10,870 nucleotides of DNA from a bacterium (GTDB lineage Bacteria; Zhuqueibacterota; Zhuqueibacteria; Oceanimicrobiales; Oceanimicrobiaceae): the NCBI GenBank assembly GCA_046757165.1, contig JBHHXT010000166.1:1-10870 (forward strand), in the 5' to 3' direction. Under the pieces are notes generated by a model, which had not been told where the DNA came from, searched no databases, and was given only the letters and a program-made list of their open reading frames with translations. The translations under genes were made by a program, and so were the position numbers. Below are positions 7,800-10,870 of the stretch, piece by piece; position 1 is the first letter of the stretch; every line of letters starts with the position of its first letter.

Positions 7800-7828
7800 T
7801 TGACTTACGCGGGCGGCATTAGTAATTT
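7800..7828 (+). promoter_or_regulatory. Putative sigma70 promoter of the TA-like pair
   Basis: TTGACT (7800-7805), 17-nt spacer, TAATTT (7823-7828), ending 27 nt before ATG 7856. Confidence 0.5.
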
Positions 7829-7855
7829 TGAAAAAGAAGAAAATCGTTTGGAAAA

Positions 7856-8092
7856 ATGAAGACACTTCACAACATCGAAGTTAATCCTTCTTTACTTTGG
7901 GATCAGGATTTCACGCCTGACAAGTATATGGATGAAGTTTTTTTCATCTGGTACCTCGGCCGGTTGCTGGAACGCGGCACGGCTGAAGAAGTCAAGAAAA
8001 TATCCAAAGCCGTCGTTGCACGCTACCTGGATCGTCTGAGAATCTCCCGCCCGGTACGCCGCTTTTGGCAGTGGTACCTCGAGAATGAGTAA
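7856..8092 (+). CDS. Small DUF6922-like protein, putative antitoxin/partner of the downstream nucleotidyltransferase
   Basis: 78 aa with LLWD...FIWYLGRLLERGTAEE...RRFWQWYL, a pattern recalled for small proteins upstream of AbiEii-family genes. Overlaps the next ORF by 8 nt. Confidence 0.72.
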   Translation: MKTLHNIEVNPSLLWDQDFTPDKYMDEVFFIWYLGRLLERGTAEEVKKISKAVVARYLDRLRISRPVRRFWQWYLENE

Positions 8093-8759
8093 TCTTTCGC
8101 CTATTGGCATAGAAGATATGGACATCCTTACCGAATTGCAAAGACGATTTCTTTCCGAGATCGCGAAGTCCGACCTGCGCGAAAGTTTCTTCTTGACCGG
8201 AGGAACAGCACTGAGCGCATTTTTTCTCGAGCATCGTTTGTCAGAAGACCTTGATTTCTTCACAGAGGAGCCCGAACGGGTTCAACATGCGCTGCCTGTA
8301 CTCGAAGGTATCAGCAAACGCCTCGGTCTAAGCCTTGAAGTACGCCGTCAATTTCGAACATTCCTGGAGGTTCATATTCACGGGCAGAATGAGCAAACGA
8401 TTAAGTGTGATTTTGCCCAGGACTCGCCGTATCGTTTGCAGCCGAAAATCGTGCAAGCTGAGTTTGATATTTTCACGGATAATGCATTGGATATTTCCTG
8501 CAACAAGCTTTCTGCCCTTTTTGATCGTGCCGAGATCAAGGATTTCGTGGACATCTTTTTTATCGATAAAGAACTGTTTCCTTTTTCCGAGCTTCTCGCT
8601 AAGGCAAAACGAAAGCACGTGGGTCTGGATAACTATTGGCTTGCCGTAGCCATGATGAAGGTTGAGGAGCTCGGTCCGCTGCCGCGGATGCTCAAACCGC
8701 TGGTTGTGGATGAATTGATCGAGTTCTTTCATTCGGCTGCAAAAACTTTGATGAAGTAG
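8085..8759 (+). CDS. AbiEii/AbiGii-family (DUF1814-type) nucleotidyltransferase, putative toxin
   Basis: FFLTGGTALSAFFLEHRLSEDLDFF (GG...R.S.D.D motif) and NKLSALFDRAEIKDFVDIFFI (K..A..R...KD..D). Alternative start ATG at 8118. Confidence 0.9.
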   Translation: MSNLSPIGIEDMDILTELQRRFLSEIAKSDLRESFFLTGGTALSAFFLEHRLSEDLDFFTEEPERVQHALPVLEGISKRLGLSLEVRRQFRTFLEVHIHGQNEQTIKCDFAQDSPYRLQPKIVQAEFDIFTDNALDISCNKLSALFDRAEIKDFVDIFFIDKELFPFSELLAKAKRKHVGLDNYWLAVAMMKVEELGPLPRMLKPLVVDELIEFFHSAAKTLMK

Positions 8760-8830
8760 CCTTCTCTTCCGCCATTCACTGAAATAACATCTACTCATGT
8801 CTGCTACGCGGCCGGCTTCTGATGGCCATG

Positions 8831-8863
8831 ACGTCCCCGACACTTTCGAGGTGCCGGGGACGT
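8831..8863. repeat. REP-like hairpin (third family)
   Basis: acgtccccgacactt-tcg-aggtgccggggacgt: 15-bp stem with one A-C mismatch and one T-G pair, and no U-tract. Confidence 0.6.
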
Positions 8864-8874
8864 TGGAATCCGGG

Positions 8875-9003
8875 CTCCCAGCTCAACCGCAAGCTTCAAC
8901 GCCCTGGCCGGCCAGCCCACCGGTCAGATGCTCCGCTCCATGCGCTTGCAGCACGCCGCCGATTTGCTCGCCATCTGATTATCAAAAAACCCACCAGGAA
9001 TAA
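8875..9003 (+). repeat. Second, internally deleted copy of the AraC-HTH 3' end (direct repeat of 7528-7749)
   Basis: 6 substitutions and 1 insertion versus 7528-7618, then a jump to the tail matching 7711-7749 (CSPSDYQKTHQE-TAA versus CSPLEYQKTHQE-TGA). Confidence 0.92.
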
Positions 9004-9155
9004 GTCCCGATCCGAAAACCCTGGCAGGATTCACTTTATGACATTCGGCATGCGGCGGCCAGTCTGTCCACTGAATCATGAATACCGGTTTTGTCTATCA
9101 TCTCCCGGTTCGCCAGGGTCGATGTTTTTGAAGTCAAATACAAGCACCTCGCCAC

Positions 9156-10499
9156 TCATTGCACGAGCAGCGCCAAGTAGTCATCCATTCGACCGGCAAG
9201 GAAATAGGGCAAGTTCAGCAATCGATAGCGCTTTCCTGCGGGCGTTTTTGCATCCGTGATTTCAAAATGGCCTTTGTACAAGCGCACCGCATAAGCATGC
9301 GGCGCCGCATCGATAAACTGGTGCAGGGATCGCAGCGTGCCGGTTTTGCCGGATTTGACTTCGACAGGAATGGCTAGATTCTGAAACGGCACCACAACAT
9401 CGACCTCGGCATTCGATTGACTGCGTTCACGCACCCAGAACAGCATCTTTTTGTTGTGCGTGGCGTCGTATGCAATAAGCTCCTGGCGGACGATGTGCTC
9501 CGCGATTCGCCCCCGGTAAAAAGCGTGGAGATCGTCAAACCGGAAAAATTGCGGCTGTAAGCCGACAAAATGGTTCAGCAGGCCGGTATCGACAAATTGC
9601 AGCAGCGGGGACTTTTTGAGATCAGCGAGAAGCGGTATTTCTACAGCGGTGGATGGATAAATGAGGTAAAGCAGCATGGCTCTTTCAATCATTCGCAACG
9701 CTTCGCCCACCTCGCGCGAGCGGTAGTTGGAGCGGCCGAAACCTTGAAATTTGATCCGTTTCCCCGCTTCATAAGGCACGGACTCTATGCAATGTCGCAG
9801 AATCAAACGCATAGTCGGGTTGCGTCCGTACTTGTCGGCATCGTCGAGAAAGCTGGTGAGCAGCGACTCATAACAGGATTGCAATGAAGCCAGGTCTCTG
9901 CGGGCGATATATTTTCGGACGATCTCCGGCATGCCGCCAATCATGGTATATTGATGGAACAATTCGAAGAGTCGCGTCGTCGCAAAGGTTTTGACCGGTG
10001 TGGCGCGATAGACGGGCAGGAGCTGCGTTTCATCACTCGCCTGCAGGAATTCCTCGAATGTCAGCGGGTACATGTAAGCGTACTGGACGCGACCGACCGG
10101 AAAACTGAGCCGGCTTCTATCGAGGGCGTGCTCCAGGAGTGAGCCTGCGGCGATAACATACAGGTCCTTCCGCTGTTCGTAAAAGTAGCGCAGCATCTTG
10201 ATCGCCACCGGCGCGTTTTGAATCTCGTCGATGAAAATGAGCGTCTTGCCAGGCTTCAGCTCGACATTCTTGAGCGCCGTGATGGCTTCAATCAGCACGT
10301 CAATAGAGAATTCTTCGGAAAAAATATCGCGGTCGCGCTTCAGCTCGAGGTTGAGGGTGACATGATTTTCGAACTGCTCGGAAAACATATTCACCGCTGT
10401 TGTTTTGCCGACTTGCCTGGCGCCTCGCAAGACGAGTGGCTTGCGAGCAGAAGCGGCTTTCCAGTTGTTCAATGTCTCGATGATTGTGCGATAAAACAT
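9156..10499 (-). CDS. AAA+ superfamily ATPase (AAA_14 + DUF4143, COG1373-like)
   Basis: KPLVLRGARQVGKT (Walker A), LIFIDEIQ (Walker B), AAGSLL, YMYPLTFEEFL, GGMPE, DTGLL, and C-terminal EVDVV...IPVEVKSG (PD-(D/E)xK-like). SD-like GAGGA lies just upstream. Confidence 0.92.
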   Translation of the reverse strand: MFYRTIIETLNNWKAASARKPLVLRGARQVGKTTAVNMFSEQFENHVTLNLELKRDRDIFSEEFSIDVLIEAITALKNVELKPGKTLIFIDEIQNAPVAIKMLRYFYEQRKDLYVIAAGSLLEHALDRSRLSFPVGRVQYAYMYPLTFEEFLQASDETQLLPVYRATPVKTFATTRLFELFHQYTMIGGMPEIVRKYIARRDLASLQSCYESLLTSFLDDADKYGRNPTMRLILRHCIESVPYEAGKRIKFQGFGRSNYRSREVGEALRMIERAMLLYLIYPSTAVEIPLLADLKKSPLLQFVDTGLLNHFVGLQPQFFRFDDLHAFYRGRIAEHIVRQELIAYDATHNKKMLFWVRERSQSNAEVDVVVPFQNLAIPVEVKSGKTGTLRSLHQFIDAAPHAYAVRLYKGHFEITDAKTPAGKRYRLLNLPYFLAGRMDDYLALLVQ

Positions 10500-10519
10500 G
10501 ATGTCCTCATATTTTTTCT

Positions 10520-10547
10520 AATATAGCAGGTTTTGCTATAAAATCAA
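10520..10547 (-). promoter_or_regulatory. Putative promoter of the ATPase with overlapping palindrome
   Basis: Minus strand: TTGATT (10547-10542), 16-nt spacer, extended -10 TGc-TATATT (10528-10520). The inverted repeat tatagca-ggttt-tgctata lies at 10522-10540. Confidence 0.5.
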
Positions 10548-10587
10548 TCATATTCGTGACACTATTTGTAATAAAGTACAGGTAATT

Positions 10588-10620
10588 TGAGCGTCTCCCA
10601 GCTCAAACCGCAAGCGCAAC
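10588..10620 (+). repeat. Third, short copy of the AraC-HTH segment
   Basis: tgagcgtctcccagctcaaaccgcaagcgcaac versus tgagcctcccccagctcaaccgcaagctcaac (7519-7550) and ctcccagctcaaccgcaagcttcaac (8875-8900). Confidence 0.75.
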
Positions 10621-10824
10621 ATAAACAGTATCCATCCGGTTTTCAATGGTCCCTCTGGAGCCATTAGTCAATATAATGCCAGCGGTGCTTTGGGATTTTT
10701 TACGAACATTGCCGGCGCAACAGTGCTTGCCCGGGACGCCAGCGGTAATGCAACATGCGCCTTCCAAGATCCAAATCCGTTCTATTCATTTGCAGCTCCG
10801 CCGCGCCATGAAACATCTTGTTAG
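10621..10824 (+). pseudogene. Possible startless fragment of an extracellular-type protein
   Basis: Frame 1 reads INSIHPVFNGPSGAISQYNASGALGFFTNIAGATVLARDASGNATCAF..., a G/A/N/S-rich, protein-like sequence. There is no start codon after the in-frame TGA at 10588, so it is absent from the ORF track. Confidence 0.35.
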
Positions 10825-10870
10825 CAGTAATAAAGTAAAGCACTCATAATAAAGAATAAGTGGGTAAACT

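Noticed and set aside
8797..9259. 68-aa and 145-aa plus-strand ORFs
   Set aside because: Chimeric read-through of a hairpin, the frameshifted AraC copy 2 and antisense ATPase sequence.
10646..10849. 67-aa ORF at the window end
   Set aside because: No SD or motif, and the overlapping frame-1 fragment looks more protein-like.

Overview
Bacterial window whose secreted-protein C-terminus is of the kind typical of KSB1/Calditrichota/FCB-group genomes (lineage inferred, not shown). The left half holds a 5'-truncated secreted FG-GAP/FN3 protein with a T9SS-A/FlgD-Ig tail, a fused two-module M16 zinc peptidase, and a lone murB. Upstream of murB is a REP/REPIN-rich region that is a diverged tandem duplication, including a dead copy of the murB leader and first 16 codons. 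The right half is an accessory hotspot. A decayed receiver-AraC regulator has its 3' segment repeated three times in direct orientation (about 7520, 8875, 10588). These copies bracket two self-promoted cargo units: a small-protein + AbiEii-family nucleotidyltransferase (TA-like) pair and an AAA_14/DUF4143 ATPase. No integrase or transposase is visible. The most notable signals are this cassette-like array, punctuated by gene-end duplications, and the REP-like hairpins at two of the duplication junctions.
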